DNA of 64,000 nt from Bacillota bacterium (GTDB lineage: Bacteria; Bacillota; Clostridia; Christensenellales; CAG-138): contig JBCFAY010000012.1 of the NCBI GenBank assembly GCA_038562375.1, forward strand, positions 34,340 to 98,339, given 5' to 3'. This document shows positions 7,742 to 15,540 of the stretch, in pieces; position 1 is the first letter of the stretch, and each line of letters begins with the position of its first letter. A program made the translations under genes and the position numbers. Below the pieces are notes generated by a model. The model worked only from the letters and a program-made list of their open reading frames with translations. It was not told the origin of the DNA and made no database searches.

Positions 7742-9088
7742 ATGACCGGTAAAGAATTGATCCTCAAGACGTTCCGGCACGAGCCGACGCCCCGCGTTCC
7801 GTGGGTGCCCTTCGCGGGCGTGCACGCCGGGAAACTCAAGGGCTACACCGCGCGCGAGGTGCTCAAAGACGGCGACAAGCTGCTCGACTCGCTCCTCGAG
7901 GTGCACAAGCTCTACATGCCCGACGGCATGCCCGTCGCGTTCGACCTGCAGCTCGAGGCGGAAATTCTCGGCTGCGAGCTCGTCTGGGCGGACGACAACC
8001 CGCCGAGCGTGCTCACGCACCCGCTCGAGGTGGCCGACGAGATCCCGACAAAGCTGGTCGAGCGCACCGACGGGCGCATCCCGCTGGTGATGGACGCCTG
8101 CCGCAGGCTCAAGTCCGCCGTCGGGGATACCACCGCGCTGTACGGGCTGTTCTGCGGGCCGTTCACGCTGATTTCCCACCTGCGGGGAACGAAGCTCTTC
8201 ATGGATATGAAGCGCAATCCCGGGCATGTCACCGCATTGATGGAATATGCGCTGCAAAACGCACTGCGCATGATCGACTGGTACATCGAGGCGGGCGCGG
8301 ACATCATCGCGCCGGTCGACCCGCTCGTTTCCCAGATCTCCCCGACGCATTTTCAGGCGTTCCTCTCGGACGTCTACAAGCGCATGTTCGATTACATCCG
8401 CGAGAAAGGCGCCTTTTCCTCCTTCTTCGTCTGCGGCAACGCGCTTCGGAACATCGAGGTGATGTGCAAGACCGGCCCCGACGGCATCTCCATCGACGAG
8501 AACATCCCGATGGCGACCGCCAAGGCGATCACGGACCCCTACAACATCTGCATCGGCGGCAATATCCCGCTGACGACCACGATGCTCTTCGGCAACCAGC
8601 AGGACAATATGAAATTCGTCGTGGATATGCTCGACAGCGTCGACCGGCACAACCTGATCGTGTCTCCCGGCTGCGACATGCCCTACGACATACCTTTCGA
8701 GAACACCATCGCCGTCGCCGAGACGGTGCGCGACATCGAGAAATACCGCGAGCTGATTAAAAACTACGAGTCGGCGGACGATGGCGTCGACGTCGAACTG
8801 CCGGACTATGACAACCTGGAAAGGCCGCTGCTCGAGGCGATGACGCTCGATTCCGCCTCCTGCGCCGCCTGCACCTATATGTGGGCGATGGTGCTCGACG
8901 CGAAGAAGGAGTTCGGCGACAAGATCGACGTCGTCGAATACAAGTACACCTCGCGCGAGGGCATCGCCCGCTGCAAGAAGGTCGGCGTCGCAAACCTCCC
9001 GTCGCTGTACATCAACGGTCAGCTGGCCTATGCCTCGATCATACCCGGCCACGAGGAGTTGTACGAGAAAATCAAGACGGTACACTAA
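7742..9088 (+). CDS. Uroporphyrinogen-decarboxylase-fold (MtaA/MtbA/CmuA-like) methyltransferase fused to a C-terminal thioredoxin-like domain
   Basis: RBS ataggagg. The N-terminal ~340 aa look URO-D/MtaA-like (RVPWVPFAGVHA..., SPGCDMPYD). The C-terminal ~100 aa carry a CAAC (CxxC) motif and a glutaredoxin/thioredoxin-like pattern. Confidence 0.8.
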   Translation: MTGKELILKTFRHEPTPRVPWVPFAGVHAGKLKGYTAREVLKDGDKLLDSLLEVHKLYMPDGMPVAFDLQLEAEILGCELVWADDNPPSVLTHPLEVADEIPTKLVERTDGRIPLVMDACRRLKSAVGDTTALYGLFCGPFTLISHLRGTKLFMDMKRNPGHVTALMEYALQNALRMIDWYIEAGADIIAPVDPLVSQISPTHFQAFLSDVYKRMFDYIREKGAFSSFFVCGNALRNIEVMCKTGPDGISIDENIPMATAKAITDPYNICIGGNIPLTTTMLFGNQQDNMKFVVDMLDSVDRHNLIVSPGCDMPYDIPFENTIAVAETVRDIEKYRELIKNYESADDGVDVELPDYDNLERPLLEAMTLDSASCAACTYMWAMVLDAKKEFGDKIDVVEYKYTSREGIARCKKVGVANLPSLYINGQLAYASIIPGHEELYEKIKTVH

Positions 9089-9224
9089 GCGCCGGTGATA
9101 TTGGCCGAACCATATCAGCGCTTTTTGGGAAGGGGGAGCCTTAGTTAGAGGAAGGAGACGAAGAAAACGGCCATCTGACGAACGGCGACCAAGCCGAAAC
9201 CAACAATTGAATTTAATGCATCAG

Positions 9225-9260
9225 GTGGCCTTGAACAATCAAGGCCACTAATTTTCTTCT
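9225..9260 (+). terminator. Rho-independent terminator
   Basis: Perfect 10-bp stem gtggccttga/tcaaggccac with a 4-nt loop, followed by a T-rich tract (taattttcttct). Confidence 0.7.
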
Positions 9261-9796
9261 GTTCGACAGAATCCTATCGAAAACCTCATAAGTTTGCCAG
9301 ATCATATCTGCGTTAGCAGTCGATGCGCCTCGCCGCCACGTGAGGGCATCCGAGTTTTATTGAGAGCTCGGCATAATGGCGCGCTCTCCGAATGGGCGCC
9401 TTCGCGTTGGATGGATCGGATATTTCGGATATTGTATGGGCCAACGGCAGTACAATATCAGGCCGGTTCACGCCTATTCCATCAATGTATATACGGTAAA
9501 AACAAAACAGAGGTTCAAGGGTAATCATACCGGGCAGTGGAAGCCATGCAGTAGCAACGGCGACACTGCGGGCGACGAGCCGCTTGATACGATAGTTTTT
9601 ATAGCCGGGTTTACCTTTCCGAGTAGGCCCGGCTTTTTATGTACAAATCACTCCCTGCGAAAAAGTCTAGGTAATGCCGGACTTATTTGCCGTGCCGCAA
9701 AAGCAGACAAATCTGTAGCGGGTTACATCCGTTGTCGCTCTCCGCCGACTTCGTTCCGATTCGTGCATCACCAAAAATCGGAACGGAGGTATCCAA

Positions 9797-10219
9797 ATGA
9801 AAACCATCAATCTGCGGGATTATTACCCGTTTTTCACGTCCGACTATTTTATCGATGTGCCGGACGAGGTTGCCGCCCTCCTGTTGGCCCATACGCGCCA
9901 TGAGGCTGCCTGTCAGCGCCGTACATACCGACACAGGGCACATTTCTCTCTCGACCGGAGCGACGGCACCGAGCATGACATCCTGTTCGTGTCCCTGTCT
10001 CCCTGCGAGATATACGAACGAAAAGTCACAAACGAACATCTCTATGCAGCCATCGCCAGCCTGCCGGACAAGCAGGCCAATCGGATCTATGCACGCTTTT
10101 TCCTTGGATTGAGCATTGGTGAAATCGCACGATCAGAGGGGGTATCGCCTGCCAGTATTTCCGGTTCTATAGCCCGCGGGCTGAGAACATTGGAAAAATA
10201 TTTGAAAAAATCTCTATAA
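9797..10219 (+). CDS. Small sigma-70 region-4-type (Tn916 Orf7-like) transcriptional regulator
   Basis: RBS ggaacggagg. C-terminal HTH LSIGEIARSEGVSPASISGSIARGLRTLEKYL. This family usually sits next to xis/int in Clostridia ICEs. Confidence 0.8.
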   Translation: MKTINLRDYYPFFTSDYFIDVPDEVAALLLAHTRHEAACQRRTYRHRAHFSLDRSDGTEHDILFVSLSPCEIYERKVTNEHLYAAIASLPDKQANRIYARFFLGLSIGEIARSEGVSPASISGSIARGLRTLEKYLKKSL

Positions 10220-10763
10220 CCCCTAAAAAACGGCCCTAAAATGTCCTGATTAGTGAAGGGATATTTTCCTCTCCTGCGAGCCTTCAAAACTTCATATCCA
10301 AAAATGAAATGGCTTATGAAGGACTGGCTTTCCCCCCTCGGGTGGACCTTGAAAACTGAATATACGATATTTCAGGACATTACCCGCGCGGCTGTAAAAG
10401 GCAAGCGACATAAGAGACGGCGCGACGACGGCGAAAGCATGAGCGATCAACGTGCTCTTAGACCCGGCTATAGCAGGCCGGGCGCGACGACACGCACGGG
10501 AAACAATGGTACTTCCTCACGGCCTCCTAAAGAATTGGGGGGAGCTCTGCGGTATGCGCTTGCCTGGCGAACGGCGGTACATGCGGAGTTATGATGCGGT
10601 AAAGCTGGCCGCAGCCTGAAATATCCCCTCTGCCGGGGGTGCGTGGCAAGTACGGCAGAAAATCGTCACTGTAACTTATGAGCAGGCTTTGCTTTATTAG
10701 CAAAGCCTGCGTATCCCTGCGATGTCGACGCAAAACGACATAGCAACAGACGGGAGGAGTTAT

Positions 10764-10991
10764 ATGAATAACGCTCTTTCTCGGAAAGACGCTTATCGTG
10801 TAGTGTTCAAAGGGTATCCCGATGTTGTAACCGTTGAGCAAATGAGTGAAATGTTGGGGATCAGCAGCAAAACTGCCTACCGGCTCTTAAAGCAAAACAG
10901 AATTGCACACTTCAAAGTAGGCCGAACCTATAAAATTCCGAAGCTGCACATCATTGCGTACCTGAATGTTGCCTCGCTATCTGATGAGTAA
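10764..10991 (+). CDS. xis: Excisionase / MerR-superfamily HTH DNA-binding protein (Xis-like)
   Basis: RBS gggaggag lies 4 nt before the ATG at 10764. Motif VTVEQMSEMLGISSKTAYRLLKQNRIAHFKVGRTYKIPK. Immediately upstream of int. Confidence 0.8.
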   Translation: MNNALSRKDAYRVVFKGYPDVVTVEQMSEMLGISSKTAYRLLKQNRIAHFKVGRTYKIPKLHIIAYLNVASLSDE

Positions 10992-11087
10992 AGCCGCGGT
11001 AACATTGTCAGCTGGATAATGGTCTGGTACACTGTCAACGTCAATGGTAGGTGAATTCAGGCTGTTACCACTAAAGGAGGAAAAACA

Positions 11088-12398
11088 ATGGTAGCAGGAC
11101 ATCTACGAGAAGAGCGGGGCTTCTTTCATATCGTATTGAGTTATACGGATGAGAATGGCAAACGACAAACGCCGCAGAAAAGCACAGGACTTCCTGTAAA
11201 GGGCAATAAGAAACGAGCCGAAGCTATGCTGTTGGAGGCGCGGAAAACCGCTACAGAGGCTTTAGCGGCGGCTCGGGAGCAAAAGACTGAAGCAGTTAAT
11301 AGTGGCGCGAACTCCAAAACAGGCGGAGGCATGCTGTTTACGGACTTTATGCTGAAATGGTTGGAAATTATGAAACCTAATCTTGAACTGACAACGTATG
11401 GCGGATATCAGACTATCATCAAGCACAAAATCAATCCATATTTCACGGAGCATTGCAACGTGACGCTAAATGAACTGGAGCCTATGCACATTCAAGACTA
11501 CTATACTCATGAGCTTACAGAAAATCATTTAAGCGTGAACACCGTGCTGCGTTACCATGCAAATATCCGAAAAGCCTTACAGCTTGCCGTAAAGCTGAAA
11601 TTGATTAAGCACAATCCGGCCAATAGCATCGAAAGGCCGAGGCCGGTTGCGTATAGAAGCAAGCATTATGATGAAAAGCAGATAATGCATTTGTTTTTAC
11701 TCGCAAAGGACCACTGGCTTTTGTTCGCTATTGTTATGGGGGCGTTTTATGGGCTGCGCAGGGGCGAAATCGTGGGATTGAAAAAGGATGCTATCAATTT
11801 CGAGAAAAAGACAATTGCCATCAAGCATACCGTAACAGAAACTTCGGTTGACGGAAAGCACATCATTATCGAAAAGGATCGTCCAAAAACAAAAAAGAGT
11901 TTTCGCACACTGCCCTTGGTTAAGCCTGTAGAATTCTTTGTCCGAGGACTCATGGAGTATCACGAACAAAACAGAAAAGTCTGCGGGAAATCGTATTGTA
12001 CGCAGTATCTGGATTATTTGTACCGTGATGAACTGGGGCACAGAATTACGCCTGATGCGTTGACGCGAAAGTTCCCGCTGTTCCTGGAGGAACACGGGTT
12101 GCCTCGAATTCGACTGCACGAACTGCGGCATAGCTGTGCAAACCTGCTGTATGCAAAAAAGGTTTCACTGAAAGAAATCCAGGGTTGGCTGGGTCATAGC
12201 ACGATTGCGACAACCGCAAATATTTATCTGGATTTTGACTACAATAACAAAATTGATTCCGCGAATTCGATTATCGGGGTATTCGGATTTAATCAAGAAG
12301 AAGCCCCTCAAACCGCCAAAGCAGCGGAAATCGGGGCTTTTTCCATGGTGCCGCTGGCCGGACTCGAACCGGCACGGGAATTACCCGTCAGATTTTAA
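11088..12398 (+). CDS. int: Tyrosine site-specific integrase (Tn916 Int-like)
   Basis: RBS aaaggagg. Catalytic motifs GLRRGE, HELRHSCANLL, GHSTIATTANIYLDF. The last ~17 codons overlap the tRNA-Leu gene on the opposite strand. Confidence 0.92.
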   Translation: MVAGHLREERGFFHIVLSYTDENGKRQTPQKSTGLPVKGNKKRAEAMLLEARKTATEALAAAREQKTEAVNSGANSKTGGGMLFTDFMLKWLEIMKPNLELTTYGGYQTIIKHKINPYFTEHCNVTLNELEPMHIQDYYTHELTENHLSVNTVLRYHANIRKALQLAVKLKLIKHNPANSIERPRPVAYRSKHYDEKQIMHLFLLAKDHWLLFAIVMGAFYGLRRGEIVGLKKDAINFEKKTIAIKHTVTETSVDGKHIIIEKDRPKTKKSFRTLPLVKPVEFFVRGLMEYHEQNRKVCGKSYCTQYLDYLYRDELGHRITPDALTRKFPLFLEEHGLPRIRLHELRHSCANLLYAKKVSLKEIQGWLGHSTIATTANIYLDFDYNNKIDSANSIIGVFGFNQEEAPQTAKAAEIGAFSMVPLAGLEPARELPVRF

Positions 12399-12430
12399 GT
12401 CTGATATGTCTGCCATTCCATCACAGCGGC
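12346..12430 (-). tRNA. tRNA-Leu (anticodon UAA), class II with long variable arm, encoded CCA
   Basis: Manual cloverleaf: acceptor GCCGCTG/CAGCGGC, anticodon stem-loop TCAGA-CTTAAAA-TCTGA, variable arm CGGGTAATTCCCGT, T arm GCCGG-TTCGAGT-CCGGC, then A-CCA. Confidence 0.9.
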
Positions 12431-12552
12431 GTATGAAGTTTTCAAGCAGTCCCCTCCGCACATCCGGAAATCGGAGGGACATTCCGGAGGGACATCGGGT
12501 ATCCGTCGCTGCTTCCCGTCTGGAAAAACCCGTATTACGGGGCATTCCCGCA

Positions 12553-12616
12553 CTAGTGGTCTGGAACGTTCACAGGATTTTAAGTCCGTTGTGTATGCCG
12601 TTCCACCACACTCGCG
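12553..12616 (-). pseudogene. Defective tRNA-Leu(UAA)-like copy: the 5' half is intact-looking and the 3' half lacks a T arm
   Basis: GCGAGTG-TG-GTGGAACGGCATACAC-A-ACGGA-CTTAAAA-TCCTGT parallels the intact tRNA up to the anticodon loop. The anticodon stem is then mispaired and there is no TTCGA T-loop. It is followed by the hairpin CCCCGTAATACGGG plus T5. Confidence 0.5.
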
Positions 12617-12626
12617 TAACATTTAA

Positions 12627-12655
12627 ATTATAATCCCCGCGCCGTCCACGGTCAA
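12627..12655 (-). promoter_or_regulatory. Consensus sigma-A promoter reading into the tRNA-Leu-like copy
   Basis: On the minus strand: TTGACC, 17 nt, TATAAT. The -10 ends about 11 nt before the first base of the tRNA-like sequence. Confidence 0.65.
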
Positions 12656-12669
12656 CTGTTTCCCCTTCG

Positions 12670-13422
12670 TTAGAGCTTTCCCGATATATAGTATTGCGCG
12701 ATCGCCGCTGCTTCCCGAAGATAGCAGTTCGGGATCAGATACCATGTGGTCGGGCAGCTCAAGGCCTCCGCCTGTACCCCTTCCTTCTTCGCGACGAGCT
12801 CCGCGCGGAACATGTGGAATGCGCTGGTGACGAATACGACACGCGCATTCTCACTAAGATGCTCGCGCAGGATCGGCAGACAATAGCGGAAATTCTCCTG
12901 CGTGCTGGTCGCTTGATCCTCCATAAGGATCCGATTCTCCGGGACTCCGAGCGTTGAAACAAGATAGCGTTTCATCGCAAGCGCTTCGGTGATCGACTCG
13001 CCCTGTCCCTTTCCGCCCGTGACGACGAAGAGCGTTTCCGGGTTCGGTTCCGCGTATTCGACCGCACGCTCAAGCCGCGCCGCAAGCGTCGCCGGTACGC
13101 GATCGTCGCGAATCCCCGCGCCCAGCACGATCACGGCATCCGCGCCCGGTTGGGGCTTATCGAGCGTCGCCGCGACCATCAGCGAAACCGTGATCGCGAG
13201 CGAGAGCGCAACGGCCGCGTACCCGACCCGCATCGCCCATTTGATCGCAGCGCCGATCCGGCTTCGTTGCGCCCACGTCCGCAAGGGTTCATAGTATATC
13301 CCCGTAATCAACAGCGGCAGGCCGAGCATCCCGGGCAGTATCACGCCGAAATTATAATTGCTCACAAGCGCGACGGCGATCGTATCAAGCACCATAAGTG
13401 CGCCCGCAATGATCAGAAACAT
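12670..13422 (-). CDS. DUF218/YdcF (SanA/ElyC-like) membrane-anchored protein
   Basis: N-terminal TM segments, then VIVLGAG...VVTGGKG...TSTQENF...VTSAFHM, typical of DUF218. The start at 13422 is preferred because of the gaggaa RBS. The ORF stays open up to 13470. Confidence 0.8.
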   Translation of the reverse strand: MFLIIAGALMVLDTIAVALVSNYNFGVILPGMLGLPLLITGIYYEPLRTWAQRSRIGAAIKWAMRVGYAAVALSLAITVSLMVAATLDKPQPGADAVIVLGAGIRDDRVPATLAARLERAVEYAEPNPETLFVVTGGKGQGESITEALAMKRYLVSTLGVPENRILMEDQATSTQENFRYCLPILREHLSENARVVFVTSAFHMFRAELVAKKEGVQAEALSCPTTWYLIPNCYLREAAAIAQYYISGKL

Positions 13423-13670
13423 GCGAAATTTCCTCAAGTTTTCCTCCAAAACGGCCCGGCAAAATTGCACGGAGCCATCCGTTATACGTATTCAATACCA
13501 CCATGTTAGACTATTGCGGGAGCGTTGTAAACCGCATCCTGTCGTCCAGCCCCACCTGCGTCTTTTTTGTATTTACCGTTTTGGCCGGATCGGTTGGAAC
13601 AATTCAAAAGCCCCGCCCATTGAAGGGCCTTCCCGATCCCTTCCGTAGAGCATCCTTCCGACAAATTCTG

Positions 13671-13699
13671 TTGACAATCGGGTTTTATGAGCATATAAT
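13671..13699 (+). promoter_or_regulatory. Consensus sigma-A promoter (TTGACA-17-TATAAT) of the T-box leader
   Basis: TTGACA at 13671-13676 and TATAAT at 13694-13699. Confidence 0.8.
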
Positions 13700-13705
13700 A
13701 CATGC

Positions 13706-13993
13706 AATAGAAAACCAGTGATCGAGAAGAGTACGCAAGCCCCCTCGCATCAAAGAGAGCCGCCGGCGGTGGAAGCGCGGTATGCAAGACTTTGCGGAAT
13801 GGACTCGTGAGGGCAGGACGAAACGCTGACGCTTAGTAGTGCCTGACGGGAGCTTCGCCCGTTATCAAGGAAGCATGTATATCCGTACATGGAACAAGGT
13901 GGGCGCGTTTGCGCCAAACCGGGTGGTACCGCAGGAGTTGAGCTCTTGTCCCGACGATCGTCGGGTCATGGGCTTTTTATTTTGCCCGAATTT
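13706..13993 (+). promoter_or_regulatory. T-box riboswitch leader with a UGG (Trp) specifier
   Basis: GA/K-turn region tgatcgagaagagta, AGAGAG box, distal GGTGGAA, specifier loop ggaaUGGa (UGG at 13800-13802), T-box aaccgGGTGGTACCGCagg at 13928-13945, then a terminator stem (13952-13983) followed by TTTTTATTTT. Confidence 0.85.
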
Positions 13994-14075
13994 ATGGGCG
14001 GCAAATGCCCTGATAACCGTTTACGCTGGAAGGAACAGCGGCATCTTAAGTACAACGAATGGAAGGAGTACGATC

Positions 14076-15449
14076 ATGAAGAACATTCCGCACCGTTTTA
14101 ACCTCCCCGAGGAGCGCATCCCCAAGGCCTGGTACAACCTGCGCGCCGATATGAAGGAGCAGCCGGATCCCTTGATCCATCCGGGTACCGGCAAGCCCAT
14201 GCAGAAGGATGATCTGCTCCCCGTTTTCTGCGAGGAACTCGTCGATCAGGAGCTGGACGGCTCCACCCGCTATTTCGACATCCCCGAAGGCATCCTTGAA
14301 ATGTACAAGGTTTACCGCCCCGCTCCCCTGATCCGCGCGTACAATCTCGAACGCGAGCTCAAGACCCCGGCGCGCATCTACTGCAAGTTCGAGGGCAACA
14401 ACACCTCCGGCAGCCACAAGCTCAATTCTGCCATCGCGCAGGTGTATTACGCCAAGCAGCAGGGGCTTACGGGACTTACGACGGAGACCGGCGCGGGCCA
14501 GTGGGGCACGGCGCTTGCGATGGCGTGCGCGTACTTTAAAATGCCGCTGACGGTCTACATGGTCAAGGGCTCGTTCACGCAGAAGCCCTACCGCAAGAGC
14601 GTGATCGAGACCTTCGGCGCGAATGTGATCGCAAGCCCGAGCGAGCTGACCAACGCGGGCAGAAAGATCCTCGAAGCGGATCCCAATACCACGGGCAGCC
14701 TTGGCTGCGCCATCTCCGAGGCCGTGGAGCACGCCGTTACCACGCCGGGATACCGTTACGTGCTCGGTTCCGTGCTCAATCAGGTGCTGCTGCATCAGAG
14801 CGTGATCGGCCTCGAGGCCTACGAGGCTCTTGAGTTGCTGGACGAATATCCCGATATCGTCGTCGGCTGCGCGGGCGGCGGCTCGAATCTCGGGGGCCTC
14901 ATCGCCCCGTTTATGCGCGATAAGATCACAGGCAAAGCAAAGACCCGCTTTATCGCGGTGGAACCGGCCTCCTGCCCATCCTTCACGCGCGGCAAATATG
15001 CCTACGATTTCTGCGATACCGCGCGCATGACGCCGCTCGCGCGCATGTACACGCTCGGGAGCGATTTTATCCCCGCGCCCGATCACGCGGGCGGACTGCG
15101 CTACCATGGGATGTCGCCCATCCTCTCCAAGCTCTATCACGATGGGTATATGGATGCAATCGCCGTCCGGCAGACCGACGTGTTCGCGGCCGCGACGATG
15201 TTCGCGCAGCTCGAGACGATACTGCCCGCTCCGGAATCCGCGCACGCGCTCCGCGTTGCGATCGACGAAGCCATCCTTTGCCGCGAGAGCGGCGAGGCGA
15301 AGACGATTCTCGTCGGCCTCACCGGCACGGGCTATTTCGATCTGTCCGCTTACGAGAGCTACCGCAACGGCTCGATGGCCGATACCATTCCGACCGACGC
15401 GGATCTTGAGCGCAGCTTCAAGACGCTGCCCACGCCCCCGCAAGCCTAA
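14076..15449 (+). CDS. TrpB-like PLP-dependent enzyme (tryptophan synthase beta, TrpB2-type), stand-alone
   Basis: RBS ggaaggag lies 7 nt before the ATG at 14076. PLP-lysine motif NTSGSHKLNSA, and GCAGGGSNLGG. No trpA neighbour. The ORF-track start at 13839 lies inside the T-box leader. Confidence 0.88.
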   Translation: MKNIPHRFNLPEERIPKAWYNLRADMKEQPDPLIHPGTGKPMQKDDLLPVFCEELVDQELDGSTRYFDIPEGILEMYKVYRPAPLIRAYNLERELKTPARIYCKFEGNNTSGSHKLNSAIAQVYYAKQQGLTGLTTETGAGQWGTALAMACAYFKMPLTVYMVKGSFTQKPYRKSVIETFGANVIASPSELTNAGRKILEADPNTTGSLGCAISEAVEHAVTTPGYRYVLGSVLNQVLLHQSVIGLEAYEALELLDEYPDIVVGCAGGGSNLGGLIAPFMRDKITGKAKTRFIAVEPASCPSFTRGKYAYDFCDTARMTPLARMYTLGSDFIPAPDHAGGLRYHGMSPILSKLYHDGYMDAIAVRQTDVFAAATMFAQLETILPAPESAHALRVAIDEAILCRESGEAKTILVGLTGTGYFDLSAYESYRNGSMADTIPTDADLERSFKTLPTPPQA

Positions 15450-15474
15450 GCGGAGTCGCAAAAGCGGAAGGGCC

Positions 15475-15515
15475 TCATTTTTTAGGCCGCCGGAAATTCC
15501 GGCGGCCTTTTTGCG
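15475..15515. terminator. Bidirectional rho-independent terminator between convergent genes
   Basis: Stem aggccgccgg/ccggcggcct with a 5-nt loop, flanked by A-rich and T-rich runs on the two sides. Confidence 0.8.
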
Positions 15516-15540
15516 TTTAAAAACAAATGCAGCGAACCCA

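Larger units (their letters stand above)
9121..12430. mobile_element. Remnant of a Tn916/ICE-type integrative element (regulatory sigma-like gene, excisionase, tyrosine integrase) inserted at tRNA-Leu; left boundary uncertain
   Basis: GC drops to about 50%. The orf7-like/xis/int gene order is typical of the integration end of Firmicutes ICEs. The int ORF runs into the 3' end of the tRNA. No conjugation or relaxase genes are present. Confidence 0.7.

Noticed and set aside
7709-9085. Long antisense or alternative-frame ORFs inside GC-rich genes. Examples: 7709-9085(-), 7801-8760(+), 14046-15461(-), 19838-20962(+), 23720-24724(-), 25415-26215(-), 27281-28102(-), 28087-28935(+), 31128-31847(+), 33147-34085(+), 35850-36614(-), 37019-37918(+), 44358-45806(-), 46844-47650(+), 49920-50675(-), 53764-54669(-), 55281-56066(-), 57464-58282(+), 57792-58472(-).
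   Set aside because: They have Arg/Ala/Gly/His/Pro-rich low-complexity composition, no RBS, and they lie fully over ORFs with clear family motifs. These are the typical stop-poor shadow frames of high-GC DNA.
9376-10594. ORFs 9376-9903(+), 9313-9528(-), 10253-10594(+) and 10527-10841(-) inside the ICE remnant.
   Set aside because: They have no RBS, odd composition and no recognisable motifs, and they overlap each other or the sigma-like gene. They are treated as non-coding or decayed DNA.
13839-14075. N-terminal extensions offered by the ORF track. Examples: trpB-like from 13839, metH to 21865, ABC-F to 53939, dehydrogenase to 34028, PBP from 38291, PucR from 34989, sugar permease from 23780.
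   Set aside because: The extensions run through riboswitch or leader sequence or neighbouring genes, and they lack RBSs. Internal starts have good RBSs and match the expected family N-termini.
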